Shown: piece by piece, positions 37,025 to 51,029 of the stretch
How positions within the stretch are numbered: position 1 is the first letter of the stretch
Layout: each line of letters starts with the position of its first letter
NCBI GenBank assembly: GCA_964016885.1
Contig: OZ024742.1
Location: forward strand, 210,180,001-210,244,000
Source of the DNA: Eledone cirrhosa
Taxonomy: Eukaryota
Direction: 5' to 3'
Length of the DNA: 64,000 bases
Program-made: the position numbers and the translations under genes
Notes under the pieces: generated by a model
Seen by the model: the letters and a program-made list of their open reading frames with translations, nothing else
Database searches by the model: none
What the model was told of the DNA's origin: nothing

Positions 37025-38685
37025 GCAGAAATGGCAGTCCGGGCGGCGTTTACATTAAGAATACCACCATTCTGGGTGCACGATCCAACACTCTGGTTCG
37101 CGCACATCGAAGCGCAGTTCGCATCGAACCGAATCGTTAGCGAGGCATCTTGTCTCACACATGTCATCGGTTCGATGTCTCCGGAGATTATGAATGAGGT
37201 TCGAGACCTCATTTTAGCACCACCCGGCTCTGTGTCATATGACACATTTAAAACGACGTTAATTAAGAGGACGTCGGAGTCACAGCAGAAGCGCTTGCAC
37301 CAGCTCCTCATATCGGAGGAATTAGGAGATAAAAAGCCGACGCAACTCCTATGGTGAATGAAGCAGCTCCTGGGAGAACATAAACTCCCGGACGAAATTT
37401 TCAAGCAACTCTTCCTCCAGCGTTTGCCTTCTTCCACACAAGTTGTCTTAGCCTTCACCAGGGAGTCCACCACCATTGAAGAACTCGCCGAGCTGGCAGA
37501 TAAGATCATGGAGGGACCACATACACACTCAACTTTAGCGAATGTGACGCCAGCCGTGCCTTCCACCAATCCTTTCCTTCAGCCCTCCAGTGCCACAGAG
37601 ATGCCCGATCTACACCAGTTACTGGCACAGCAAGCAACACAGATACAGGCCTTGACGCAACAAATTCAGGCCTTGTCTTTGGCTAACCCAGCCACGTGTC
37701 GGTCTAACAGTCGAACCCGATGATTTGGTGGTCGCTCAAGAAGTCCGAGCGCATCCCGTGATTCACCAGAAATGTGTTGGTACCACCAAAAATTCGGAAG
37801 ACGGGCGCGCAAGTGCAGCCATCCCTGTTCATTTGTGTCGAATCAGGGAAACGACACGGTCAGAAAACTGAATGCGACGGACTTTTTTCGTCCTCATAAT
37901 TAAAGTCGCCTGTTTTTCATTCAGGATCGCGTCACAGGCACGCGTTTCCTGGTCGACACCGGTGCTGAAGTCAGTATCATCCCGGTTTCCTGCGTTCATG
38001 GAAAAAAGAAAGAAACACCAGCATGGCTCCATGCGGTGAATCATTTACATATTCCGACCTACGGAGAGCAGTCCCTGACACTAAATTTAGGACTACGCCG
38101 CACTTTCCAGTGGGTATTCGTTGTGGTTAAGCTGCCGGCCCCTATTTTAGGAGCTGATTTTCTTCAGCACTTCTCACTGCTAGTGGACCTGAAAACCAAC
38201 GACTCGTTGACAACTCCACTGGTCTCGCTGTGCGCGGCATAGCCGCTCGGACAGCCACAGTCAGTCAAGTCATTTCACGATCGGCAACAACAACCCGGCA
38301 CAGCCATATAATCAACAAATACCCAAACGTAGCTCGACCACTATTCAACGCTTTCCCTGTAAAACACGACGTCACCCACCACATAAAAACACACGGCCCA
38401 CCTGTCGCTGCACGACCTAGAAGGCTACCACCAGACCGTCTGCAGTCCGTCAGACAAGAATTTCAACACTAGCTGGATCTCGGCATCATAAGTCCGTCCA
38501 GCAGCAACTGCTCCTCACTCATACATTGTGTACCCAAGAAGTCGTCGAACATAGGCGAATCTGTGGCGACTACCGTGCACTGAACAACTGCACCGTGCCT
38601 GACTCTTATCCAGTGCCTCATCTACAGGACTTCTCTAGTTCGCTACACGGAGCTCGCGTATTTTCGAATATCGATCTTGTGCGAG
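37025..38685 (+). mobile_element. Ty3/Gypsy internal fragment (gag, protease, start of RT), decayed
   Basis: Gag IPPFWVHDPTLWFAHIEAQF..LGDKKPTQLL..FLQRLP and CWYHQKFG..C..PC, protease FLVDTGAEVSII..ILGADFL, and [26 protein letters not shown], then truncated. Confidence 0.9.
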
Positions 38686-41600
38686 GCGAGGGAGGACTGT
38701 CTTTCTGATCAGCGCACTCGAAACCAACTCTCACTTCTCGACGAGACTCCGGAGGCAAGGGAAGAAAGGCTGGGAGGTAGACGGCGTAAACGTCAAGAAA
38801 ATGCTGCTGCTGCTGCTGCTGCTGCTACAAGGGACACTTTTTGCTTAAAAGCTGGCTTTAACTACAATCCTTCTGATGATTACACCAATCACCCGGATTT
38901 GGCTCTTGGAAAAATGGATAAGGTATGTCAGTCCTGTGGGCCTAAGAAGTGGGTCGGTGAGGCTCCAGGTCTTTGCTGTTCCGGGAGAAAAGTTCGACTT
39001 CAGGCGCTGGCTGCTCCTCCTGATTTACTGCAAAATCTTCTCATTGACGACGGAGTAACGTTTCGCAAAAGCATTTGGAGATACAATTCATGCTTCGCTA
39101 TGACATCATTTGGCAGAAACAACAAAAAGAACAACAACATCAGCAACACCACTTGTGTCGCCAGCAATTGTGACAACAACGAAGAAAGTAAAACTTTACA
39201 CCTACAAAATTCAAGGTCAGTGTTACCACCTAATGGGAAGCCTTCGCCCACAGCTAGGCGTGGAGCCTAAATTCCTCCAGGTATTCTTCATGGGCGGGAA
39301 TGAGGAAGTTTCCCAAAGATGCAAGATCAAAAACTTTAAACTATGCTCCATGCAACCCATCCGTTCGTCCGTGACTTGAAGAGTGCTTTGGAGCTTTTGG
39401 ACTCTAGACATGAGATGAAATTGGTCATGAGAGCTGACAGACGACCTGCGGGTGGGCATCCTGGATGTTTCAACGCTCCAACTACCAACGAGGTAGCAGC
39501 AATCATGGTTGACGAAAATCATGGTGCACGTGACATCATCATTCAGCATACGGCGAGGACGGCTACAACTTCGAGATTCCCACATTGATCCGAAAAGTCT
39601 TGCTGCTTTACTAAAGAAAGTTTCCAGCATGGATTTGTATGCATACCGACTCGTGATCAGAGACGGTGAATTCAACCAACTACTTAGGTTCAGAGAGGTG
39701 ACAAACCAGTTCTTGGTTGATATGTACGCAAAGATTGAAGCGGAACGTCTTCTGTACATAGGTACCCATCAAAAAGAACTAAGAGGGGTTCAATACGCTC
39801 ATCTTAAGGATGCTTTGCAACGTGACGGTGACGCAACCAATGTTGGGCATAAGGTGATCCTTCCTTCAAGCTTTAGTGGCTCACCCCGATACATGCATAA
39901 ACGGACACAGGATGCCATGGCGTATGTCCGTAAGTTTGGGCGGCCAGATCTTTTTATTACCTTCACATGTAATCCTAATTGGGTGAAGATTAAGGAGAAT
40001 TTATTCGCGGGCCAGGTGACGAGTGACAGGCATGATATTACAACCAGAGTCTTCCACGGAAAGTTGAAGAGACTAATGTACTTGCTGAAAGATAAGGCCA
40101 TCTACGGACAACTCAATGCTTGGATGTATACTGTGGAATGGCAGAAGAGGCGTCTTCCACATGCACATATTCTTACTTGGTGCAAAGAACGAATCAGACC
40201 TACGGACATTGATCGCGTTATATGTGCAGAGTTGCCCGATCAACATTGTGCTGGCTAATATGATACATGGACCCTGTGGTGCCCTTAACAGCCAAAATGC
40301 ATGCATGGGGGGGAACAAGTGCACCAAACACTACCCCAGAGCCTTCACCAGGGAAACTTGCACTGGGGTTGACGGCGTGCTCCCGATTTTGGCGGCCTTT
40401 CGACTAGGATTAAGAAGAAAGGGAAAGAATACGACATTGACAACAGCTGGGTGGTGCCTTACAGCCCTTTGCTTGCTAAAATCTTTAATGCTCACATCAA
40501 TGTGGAGTCCTGCACATCTGTTAAAAGCATTAAATACATCTGCAAATACATCAACAAAGGCGGCGACATGGCGGTGGTTGGCCTCAGTGATGGCGTAGAA
40601 TCAAAACACGAAATTACTCAGTTCATGATGGGAAGATGCATTTCGTCCAATATGGTGGCTTGGCGCATTTTGGGGCTTGAAATTCACCGGTGCTCTCCAG
40701 CAGTTGTCAACTTGGAGGTTCACTTAGAGAATGATCAACGCGTTTATTTCACTGAGGAAACCGCATCGGCTGCTGCCGAACGGCCACCTGAGACGACGCT
40801 TACAGCATTTTTTAAGCTATGTTCTGTCGATACGTTTGCAGTTACCCTTTTTTACGTCGATGTACCTGCCTACTTCACTTGGTCGAACAAAAAATGGCAT
40901 CGGCGGCGACAAAGGGAAAAAGTTGAGGATTGGGTAGGTGTCTTCAGAAGTAATGCCATCTGACGCGTGTACAATGTTCATCCGAAGCAACAAGAATGCT
41001 TTTTCCTGCGAATGTTGCTGCATCAAATCAAAGGGCCCAAGTCATTCGCCGACCTAAGACTTTTCGGTGGCCGCATTTGTTCCAGTTACAGGGACGCGTG
41101 CGTGAAGCGCGGGCTACTCGAGGATGATGCCCACCTGAGGCTGCTGAATATAAGATGTCTCGAGAAATGAGACGTCTGTTTTGCATAATGCTATTGTTCT
41201 GCGGCATAGGTGAGCCCCTTAAGCTTTGGGAAACACATAAGGATAACATGTCAGCGGACATCTTCCGTAGACTACGAGCAGAAGATCCAGCGGCTGGCTT
41301 TGCTTTCAACGACGCGGTGTACAATGAGACCCTCATCGACATGGACAACCATCTTAAAGCTCTTGGAGTTGGCGGTGTATCTGATTTCAGTTTGCCACAA
41401 CCTCGAAACACTCACAGTGCTTTAGATGTGGAGTTCATGCATGAGTTAAATTACAACATCGATAATATGACACATCAGGTAGCTCAGGACGAACCCAGAC
41501 TTTTGCATGACAAGAGACGGGCATATGACAGAATTCTCTCCAGTGTCAATTCAAATGAGGGGCGGCTATTTTTCCTGGATGCTCCTGGCGGAACAGGAAA

Positions 41601-42969
41601 AACTTTTCTCATCAACCTTTTGATTGCGAAGCTACGAAAAGACAAGCGGATTGCTTTAGCGGTCGCCTCCAGTGGTATTGCGGCGACACTGTTACATGGC
41701 GGTCGTACGGCACACTCCGCATTCAAATTGCCTTTGGACATTGCAAAGAAGGAGAATCCTACATGTAGAATAGATCGTGGCGACCCTAAAGCACATCTTC
41801 TTTCTGGGTGCTGCCTGATCATATGGGACGAGGCTACTATGAGTCACAAGGCGGCCTTTGAGGCTCTGGGTCGAACTCTCAAGGACTTGCGTCGGAACTC
41901 ACGCGTCATGGGTGGAGCGACAGTACTGCTGGCTGGCGATTTCCGACAGACTCTTCCTGTTATCACTAGAGGCACTAGAGCTGACGAAGTGAACGCATGC
42001 ATCAAGTCGTCCTACGTATGGCAGTATGTCCACAAACTACATCTGACTACCAACATGAGAGTGCATGTGCATGGTGATGCAGACTCCATCGATTTATCAA
42101 AACATCTACTGGAAGTTGGTAATGGAACTACACCTGGAGTGGATGAAGAGCATATCCGTTTGCCTTTTGAGAACTTTGTGTCAAACATTGACGAATTAAT
42201 GTCATTTGAATTACGATTCCATGATCACACCTGGCTGAAAGGGAGAGCTATTTTGGCACCATACAATGCCACTGTTGACGTGATGAACCAAAAACTACTC
42301 GATCAGATTCCCGGAAATGAAGTCTCCTTCAAGTCGATTGACACCAATAAAAACGCGGACGACGCCGTCATCTACCCAATTGAATTCCTAAACAGTCAAC
42401 TACCTCCAGGACTTCCTCCTCATGATCTGGAACTGAAGGTTGGTGTGCCAGTTATGCTACTGAGAAACCTGGATGCACCAGAACTATGCAACGGAACGCG
42501 TTTAATCATAAAAAAAATAAGGACCTAAATTCTAGAGACAACCATTTTGAGCGGACCCGCTGCTGGCGTGACCAGGTTAATTACCCTTATGAGACTTAGT
42601 CCCTCTGGCGTCCCCTATGAATTTACGCGACGGCAGTTTCCCATAAAACTCTGCTTTGCAATGAGCATTAACAAAGCACAAGGACAATCGCTGCAAGTGG
42701 TTGGCCTAAATCTAACACAGCAGGTATTTGCCCATGGTCAACTATACGTCGGATGCTCCTGCGTCGGCAGTCCACACAATCTCTTCATTTGTGGTAACCC
42801 GGCAACACCAGGAACGTTGTCTACAAAGAAGCTATGCAATAACATCTTTGAACCCTACTCCACCCAAAGTCTCTCTGTCAAACCACTCTCTTCACGCCGC
42901 CCCTCAACTTATTAACTTAATAAAAAGTGGCCTCGAGTAGCCCCGAGTGCAACCGGGCTCAGCTGCTAG
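38686..42969 (+). mobile_element. Helitron (RepHel), decayed, with intact 3' terminus
   Basis: Zinc finger CQSC..GLCCS, Rep motifs FGRPDLFITFTCNP, VEWQKRRLPHAHIL (HUH) and KYICKYINKG, then a PIF1 helicase. A 3' hairpin CCCG..CGGG (42942-42957) is followed by CTAG (42966-42969) and then T. Confidence 0.93.
41155..42528 (+). pseudogene. Helitron PIF1-family helicase segment (continues at 42547-42915 after a stop)
   Basis: DAPGGTGKT (Walker A), IIWDEATM, GDFRQTLPV, PVMLLRNL..LCNGTRL and QFPIKLCFAMSINKAQGQSL..HGQLYV. Confidence 0.9.
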
Positions 42970-43079
42970 TATATATATATAGTGGAAAAGTAAATAACAA
43001 GGAGTACAGTTACGAAAGGTGTTAGGTTCACGCTATATATATAAAGAGAGAGAGAGAGAGAAGGAATTTGTAGTTTACT

Positions 43080-43144
<65 letters not shown>

Positions 43145-45870
43145 AGAAATAGAGAATAACTATAAAATAGTTAACTTTCTAGATGTAACACTAAATTTTA
43201 ACACGTCTTCATTATCCATTTCACAAACTAAATGAGAACTTAAACTACGTCAATTTTAACTCTAATCACCCCAGATCCGTTAAAAATACTATAGTGAACT
43301 CTGTACAGGAACGAATTTCGAGAATTTCAGCTAATAAGATTATATTTGATGAAAAGGCACATTATTACAACGAAGCGTTAGGTAGAGCTGGGTATAGAAA
43401 TAAAATTAAATACATCGATAATAATAATAATATAACAACCAACCATAATCGTAACAATTTTAACTATGGTAACAATTTTAACAACTATAATAGAAAACCT
43501 TACATTAATTCCGAAAGCGGTAAAAGAAATAGAACTAGGAACACATTATGGTTCACTCCTCCTTTCTCATTAAATATTAAAACCCCTATTGCTAAACTAT
43601 TTTTTAAAGTTCTTGACAAATGCTTCCCTAGAACACATAGATATTACTCAATTTTTAATAGACATACTATAAAATTAACTTATTCTTCCACCAAAAATTC
43701 AGCGTAAAATATTAATAGAATTAATAATAGAAATTTAAAACCTAACCAAAATACCACTAATAACCCAAGCAATATCCAATTTGATAAATGTAACTGTAGA
43801 AATAAATCTAACTGTCCGTTAAATAACAATTGCTTAGCTAAAAATATAGTATATAATTGTAATGTAAAAACTAATTTAAATTCATTTAATTATGTGGGAT
43901 CCACTTCCACAGAGTTTAAATCCCGCTTCAATAATCATAAAAATTCTTTTACAGATCCAAACAAAAAATCTTCAACTTCTCTATCTAGCCTATTATGGGA
44001 TCTCAAACTAAAGAGCGTTGAATATTCGTTGATTTGGAATATTATTTCAAAAGCTACTCCTTTTAACTCCTCTTCAGAAGATTGTGATCTTTGTATAGAG
44101 GAAATATTCTTTATATTAAAGACCAAAAATTCCCTGAACTTAAGAAATAATTTATTCAGTTGCTGTAGACATATATTAAACTCAACGTTTAAATATAATT
44201 ATAAATTTAAAATGTAATATATAATTAATTAATTAATTTTATTAATATATTGAACCTGTCGATAAATCATTAGATTCCTTCATCTTTTTTTGACTGATTA
44301 TACACTCAAGTAATAATAACTTTTCTTCCTAAATATAAATAAATATAATATAAAAATTTAATGAACTATTCTAGAGAAATATACTGAGAGCTCTTGAAAG
44401 GAGAAAATATTTCTTATATTTTTATTTTTATTTTTATTGTCTGATAGCTTCTCCTATTTTCGAAAGTTTATCCTTTCAAAGTTTCTGTTTGTTTCTCTTA
44501 TGGATATAATATTAAGTTAAATATAAGTAGAAAATTTCTATACTAAATCTATTAAACATACTATTATTTTGAAATTATAACTTAAAATATTCTATAATAT
44601 TTTTAAAATTATATTGTTTTTAAAGTTATATTGCTTATAATTATATTTCCAAATCGTAATATAATTCTTTTGTATTTTAGGTACTCAATTATACTATGTA
44701 CTGTATTTATATATACTTCTCTCTATATGTGTGTATATATGTATATGTGTGTATTGACATACATCTACATGTGTTTTATGCGTATACGTCTATCTGTATG
44801 TATATATATATACGTGATGCGTATCTACCTATTTGTGAGGGTACATGTATGTATATGTGGGAATTGTGTATGTACATGTGCGTGTATATCCATACAATTC
44901 GATTGCACTTATGTATAGTGATTATCCCAAGATTCGTGACAGATAGACATATAATAACAACCATAAATACATAACAGGTAATCTTATAAAACTTATATAA
45001 AAAAAATATATAAAAAAAATTTTGTTTAATATCTTAACAATTATAACATTTTATAAGATTCCTATATCTTAAATTAAATTAAAAAATCCCTTATGTTTTG
45101 TATGTATATATTATATACGTAGTTAGATATATATATGTATTTTATAAGTGTGTATATATATTTATGTGTATGTATTTTTGCGTGTGTATACGTGTTATAT
45201 AATATTTAGATCTTTAATAATATATGGATTTCTTAATATATAGATCCCAATTTTTTAATATATTGATCTCAATATTTAACTGATTAACTAAACATCTAAT
45301 CATATTTAAAGAATGGTTAAATTTCTCATATTATATATGTATATTCCATTCATGATTATTAACATTTCTAATTTTATTTATTCATTTCATCTCAATTGTT
45401 AAGATAACTCAACAAGATATGACTTGGAGTTTTTCGTTCTCTCTCATTTTCTCTGTCTCCTCTCTCTCTATATATTTTCTCTCTCTGTTGTTCTGTTCTT
45501 TCTCTCTCTCTCCTTCTCTATCTTTTTCTTTCTCCGTAACCCAACAGCTTATTTTTAAAATATCCAATACTAATAATATAATTAAGCTACAACTCCACTA
45601 TCCGGGAGCTTCCAACAGTAATGGTTGCATTCTTTAAGGGTATGTCAATATTTATTTATAAAACTGATCTATATTATATTTTATCTGATGAAAGCACACC
45701 ATAATTTAACTTGGTGTCCTTGAAATATGTATAATGAAATAAATATGGTTTTATAAATATAGTTTCCATTTGTTAATATCGTATTTTTACTCCAAATATT
45801 TGTTGAATGCTTTATATCAGTTGTAAAAATATTTGCTTGTTGTGTCCCAACAATTTAAATAGAACTTTTA
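43145..45870 (+). mobile_element. 5'-truncated Penelope-like element, family 2 (RT thumb, GIY-YIG, long 3' UTR)
   Basis: VNFLDVTLN, SNHP, YYNEAL..GY, WFTPPFS, CNCRNKSNCPLNNNCL..NIVY, YVGSTSTEFKSRFNNH, CDLCIEE and LN.R..CRH. It is bounded by (TA)n on both sides, and its 3' end is homologous to 63575-63800. Confidence 0.85.
45678..45740 (+). ncRNA. type I hammerhead ribozyme motif
   Basis: ATTTTAT-CTGATGA-AAG c ACACCA..TGGTGT c CTT-GAAATATGTAT-A-ATGAAAT. Stems I, II and a minimal stem III all pair, with predicted cleavage after A45733. Confidence 0.8.
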
Positions 45871-46448
45871 CATACATATATATATATATATATATAACTT
45901 TTCAAATCTTGAGGGTGTCTGTGTACGTGCATGTGTGTCTGAACAAATTTATATATTTATATTCTTGTTATTTAATGTCGGTGATCGCAGGATCAACAAT
46001 TAATCAATTTTACGTTCTGTTTTAGAAGATTTATCTTTTATTTTATTAGATTTTTCATTAGAACTATGAATGATCCAATGTGTTTCATATTATTTCCATC
46101 ATTTTAATCTAAGAATTCTAATATATCACCGTCAATAGACCGAGGTAATTCTTCAATAAATTCGAAACTTTTCCTTTATATTTTCTGTGTAATATTTAAT
46201 TTTGTAATGATATCTCAATATACGAATGCAGTGAATCAATCGTTTTATAACAGTCTTTATTGTTTTCTCCTTCGTCGGCTGTCCAGCTTTCTCAAATCTG
46301 AATGTTTTGGGGTTTTTTTTGCTTTTCCCTGTTTGGGGAAAGGTTGATCTTATTTTAGGTTCGGCGTGTGATATCAATTGAATGTTGTTTTGCTTCCTTG
46401 GCTTTATATACACATACAAACACACACATACACACGTACATACATACG

Positions 46449-46703
46449 TGTAGTGAAATTTGTCCACACCTTGAACCTTAGGTGACACCTAAAGGTCAAA
46501 CTCTAGGTCACCACTCTTTTGGTGTGAACAGGTTCATGCATGGGCTATCCCCTCAAGGTGGGAGACAGAAAGCGACAGGTATATAAAGCCTATATTTTCC
46601 CACCTTAGACACAGAGAGATCGCAGCACTACGATACAGACAAGCTATGTAAAGATTCATCGCTATCTACAGGCCACAGAGGTCTACAGTCAATTACAGAC
46701 CAT

Positions 46704-46797
<94 letters not shown>

Positions 46798-47008
46798 CTC
46801 TCTCTCTCGTGGTCTCAGACTACAACAGCCTCATGAACCAACAACAAAAATAACATTGTCAACCTTCGCAACTACTGGTAACTTATTTATTCTTCTTTTT
46901 GACTCAAGTGAATTAAATATTTATATATAAACTAAATCATTTATTTTTGTTATTACACCTATTAACGTTAATCCATCTAACTACATCTTACTAATACTCT
47001 TCGTTAAA
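46449..47008 (+). mobile_element. probable solo LTR
   Basis: Starts TGTAGTGAA, has TATATAAAG near 46580 and AATTAAA near 46911. It ends either at ACTACA (46985) or at TTCGTTAAA (47008), the latter giving a 4-bp TACG duplication (46445-46448 and 47009-47012). Confidence 0.55.
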
Positions 47009-47019
47009 TACGTACATAC

Positions 47020-47097
<78 letters not shown>

Positions 47098-47101
<4 letters not shown>

Positions 47102-47439
47102 TTAGCATATAAACTGGCCATATCCGGCCGGAATTCTCTCACCTTTTTCTGTTCAAACCGGTCATAACCGGTTACTCATACTTATGTTAAGATATTGTTC
47201 TCAAAATAAATAATTAGTTTTACTTTTGGCACAAGGCCAGTCATTAACCAGTGCATTACTGGTACTTTATTTTATCGACCCCGTAAGGATGAAAGGCAAA
47301 GTTAACCTCGGCGAGATTTGTTCTCAAAATAAATAATATCAAAATCTCAGATTCAATATCATATGATATAATTATGTGAGGTAACGCCTTTATCAAAAAA
47401 ATACAATAGTAAATATAGAGTAATGTAAATGCTAAAGGG
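47098..47439. mobile_element. piggyBac-like MITE with a nested SINE fragment
   Basis: Terminal inverted repeats CCCTTTAGCATATA and TAAATGCTAAAGGG, with TTGA on the right flank (TTAA-like). The internal SINE is flanked by the 20-bp duplication TTGTTCTCAAAATAAATAAT. Confidence 0.7.
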
Positions 47440-47454
47440 TTGAGTATATATCTT

Positions 47455-47888
47455 GGGTCTTAGGTCTTAGCTTCTTCCGCGCCTTTCGGTGCCTCGGGCA
47501 GTGAGTAGTCGCCAACAATTACGATCAGCGGCGGATTTTCGCATCCGTCCCAAGTGATGTAGACTGCTATCAGCTCTTTTTGGAACGTTCGTCACCAGGT
47601 GAACCTGGTGCAACCCTGCCTCCGTTTGCCGCCAGGTGGAGTCCAGTTCATCGCTGTTTTCGAGTGTCATTCTTTGGGCAGACGCAGAATATGACCAGCC
47701 AGGCGGCACCGGCGCTCCGTGACCACTCCTTGCAGCATCCACGACTCTGCTCTCCGCAAGATTTCCTCGTTTCGCACTCAGTCGCGCCAGGACACACGAA
47801 GAATCCTTCGCAGCCACCCTGGTGGAATGCGTTCAGCTGTGCTCTTCCGGATTTTGCTTGCGTAAAGCACTGTCGGCAGCACGATGCT

Positions 47889-47895
<7 letters not shown>
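47455..47895 (-). mobile_element. 3' fragment of an RTE-clade LINE
   Basis: YKSIVLPTVLYA..LRRILRVSWRD*VRNEEIL..RLAGHILR..WTPPGGKR..AADRNCWR, with a (TAAGACC)n-like tail. Confidence 0.8.
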
Positions 47896-47941
<46 letters not shown>

Positions 47942-49377
47942 GGACTTTCATCTTAAAAAACATGCCTCAAGTTCATTCACCTTTGATGAACATAGCCTTG
48001 GGCAAGAGGAATTGATGTCATTAGACGGTGTCCAACATTGCTTGTGGAGGGGGATGTGTGTGTCTGTGTGTTAATATGTATATGTATATGTGTATGTGTA
48101 TGGTCAAATGTGGTACCTATGATTGCTCTAAGTGTGTTTGTACATTGCTTTACTTTTGTTGCTATGTATTCTACAAGTGTTATAAATGTTTTGGCAATAT
48201 TTTTATGTGAATAAAATATTTGTAATAATTGTATGTAAATATAACTGCATTAGAATAACAATAGAACAATAAGGATTGTAGAATCATTACGAGACATTAC
48301 AATCATTAGCACCTGTTACAGATGTTAGAGATAACTTTATAAACTACTACCTCTATAAACAGCCAGTAGATATCAATGAAACCCTATTGAATTATAGCCT
48401 GGTTTAAATTCACTTTCAACGTGAATTATTTATATTTAAATTTCATTCACGAAAATTGCAATCGTCAAAATAAAACGTGGTGGATGACCTGAGAAAAACG
48501 ATTGCCATAACAGCGCCTGAAGTTTCATACACATTTAAACTTTGTATTTGCGAAGTAAGGCGACGAACTGGCAGTCGTCAGAACGTCGAATAGAATACTT
48601 TGCAGTATTCGTTTCGGTCTCTGCTCTCTGAGTTCAATTCCCTCCGAGATCAACTTGGTCTCTCGAGTTCGATAAAAAAAAAAGTACCAGTCGAGTACTG
48701 GGGACGATTCTTCTATATCTATTTTTCACTTCCTCTCTCTCAGTTTCTATCCTTCTCTGGAAGAAATTTGCTGTGTTCAGAGCTGGAGAGGGATGGGCTC
48801 CGCCAGGCTTAGAATGGCCAAGAAACGCCGTGTGTCACTTCAGTACCTCTCCGATTCCATCAGAAGTTACAGGACCATCTATACCATTTGTGAAGCATAA
48901 AGCCACAATCGAAGAAACTAGTGATTTTGATTTGAGAAAGCCAAAAATATTTTCATTGAAATAAATAACGAACTGGTAGTCAAGGGCCGAAATATTTGCT
49001 AGAGTAGGGGTTTTTCTCTGAAGACTTGCTGTCCGGCTCTCCTGACGTTATACTGTAATTTATTATATTGTAAATATGAGGGCGGTGAGTTGGCGGTGAG
49101 TTGGCGGTGAGTTGGCAGAACGTTTGAGCGTTGAGTAAAATGCTTTGTGATATTTGTTCACTGTTCTTTACATTCTGAATTCAAATCCCGCCAAGGTTAG
49201 CTTTGTCTTTCATCCTTACGTGGTCGGTAACATAAAGTATCAGTAACGAACTAGGGTCGATTTAATTGACTTCCCCCACCCTCCAAAATGTTGACCTTGT
49301 GCCTAAATCAGAAACACAATGAGTCACAAAAGAAGGTTGCGGAATGAAAAGAAATGATTCGTGTATTTATATTATAC

Positions 49378-49486
49378 TAGCTGGCGTACGCAGCTTCGCC
49401 TGGGTAAACAGATGATAAGAGAAGACAAGTAAAATAGAAAATGACTGTATTGGATGTTTGTCTGGTTTACAGTATGAGGCGAGACC

Positions 49487-49576
<90 letters not shown>

Positions 49577-50183
49577 AAAACAATAAACAGTATAAAAATC
49601 TTCCAGATATATTCGATTCTTCGTTTTACCGTTCGTGCATAGTATATGACGATTTCTCGGTATTTCCACTGGTGAGCAACCTATATATAACTGTCCATGG
49701 GTAAAAAGTGATTCTCTTGTATTCAATTCTACAGCTTTGAAACTCTAAGTCTGAGCTTTATGTACGGTCATAGTACAACTGGCTGAATGAGAGCTCGGTA
49801 GAGGAAGGGATAAGAGGAATCTTGAGAATAAATGCATTTTCTCCTTGATGATTGCCTCCAAGAATAGTGACCTCTAGGAGACGGTTCCTCATTCTCCTGG
49901 CTGTAAACGAATGCGCAAACACACACACACACACACAGACACGTGCACACTCATATACAAAATGTGACGTCGTCGTCGTGTTATAAAATATCCGTTTACT
50001 TGTCTGTGGTAGATTATTTTAGATAAAGTGTTACATTGTTTTAATCCAAATAAGAATTATATATTGTTACTCCCGGGGTCTAACACTATTATCTAGTAAA
50101 ATTTGATTTGATTTGGTCGAGCCGTTTGGAAATGCATAAGGAATAGACAGACAAACAGAGAGACAAAGAATTTTATAGAGAGA
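49378..50183 (-). mobile_element. non-autonomous Helitron with a helicase C-terminal remnant
   Basis: The minus-strand 3' end reads CCCAGGCGAAGCTGCGT..CTAG|T. Remnants include FTHGQLYIGCS..GKTKN and TILGG..GE..KIPLIPS. The 5' end resembles Helitron-N starts (TCTCTATAAAA..TGTCTGTC..AAACGGCTCGACC). Confidence 0.7.
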
Positions 50184-51029
50184 GTGAAATATATAGCTCA
50201 AGTGAAGTTGTTTTTTTATTAAATTTCACCACCACCTCTTTTTTATGTAATATTTATCGGGGGGGTCTGGATGATTCAACCAGAAAAAAAACACAGGCAA
50301 TTGACCGGAAATGATTGATGCAGATTGGCTACTATAACGATTTCATGCATCATTTCAGACACGTAGACAGTTAAGGAGGAACACATCTATCATTTGTTTT
50401 TTTGTTTTGAACCGTTTCCGTTTTACATTTGAAGAAAGGGTTTAGCCCCGGAATATCATATTGAAATATACTGGGTAAAATATTACTTTGATTTGTTTTA
50501 TTTGTCATCCTTTGTTCTTTATATATTTCTACCACATTGAAACTTATATTTCTTGGAACTCATTGATTAAGTTGGTAATCTTAATGCAGAGTGCTTAGCT
50601 GTTGATATTGTCACAAACACGTGTGACTTGCACAGACTTTAAGGTTGGAAAGTGTGTAATATTGATTGTTAATTTAGACACAAGATCAGCAAATTTGGAG
50701 GAAGAAGAAATTTGATTAAATCAACCCCAGCACTTGACAAAGTTGACCTCGGCGTAATTTGAAATCTGAAGGTAAAGAGCTGAAACTAATGGTCTAGCAA
50801 TTCTGCCAATCCACAGCCTATTGGAAAGTGTGTCATATGACCATCTAATAGATTTTTCTTTTTCTTCGCCCAATTATTCCTGGGAGCATCATGGGGACAG
50901 AGGCCTTAAACATACCTTCCAGCAGGTCCTGTCAGAAGCAACCTACTCCAATTGATCCAGCTGGATCCCCAAGCAAGACCAGCTGAGCTCATGGATGTCA
51001 TCCAACTATCTTGCATGGTGTCTACCTCT

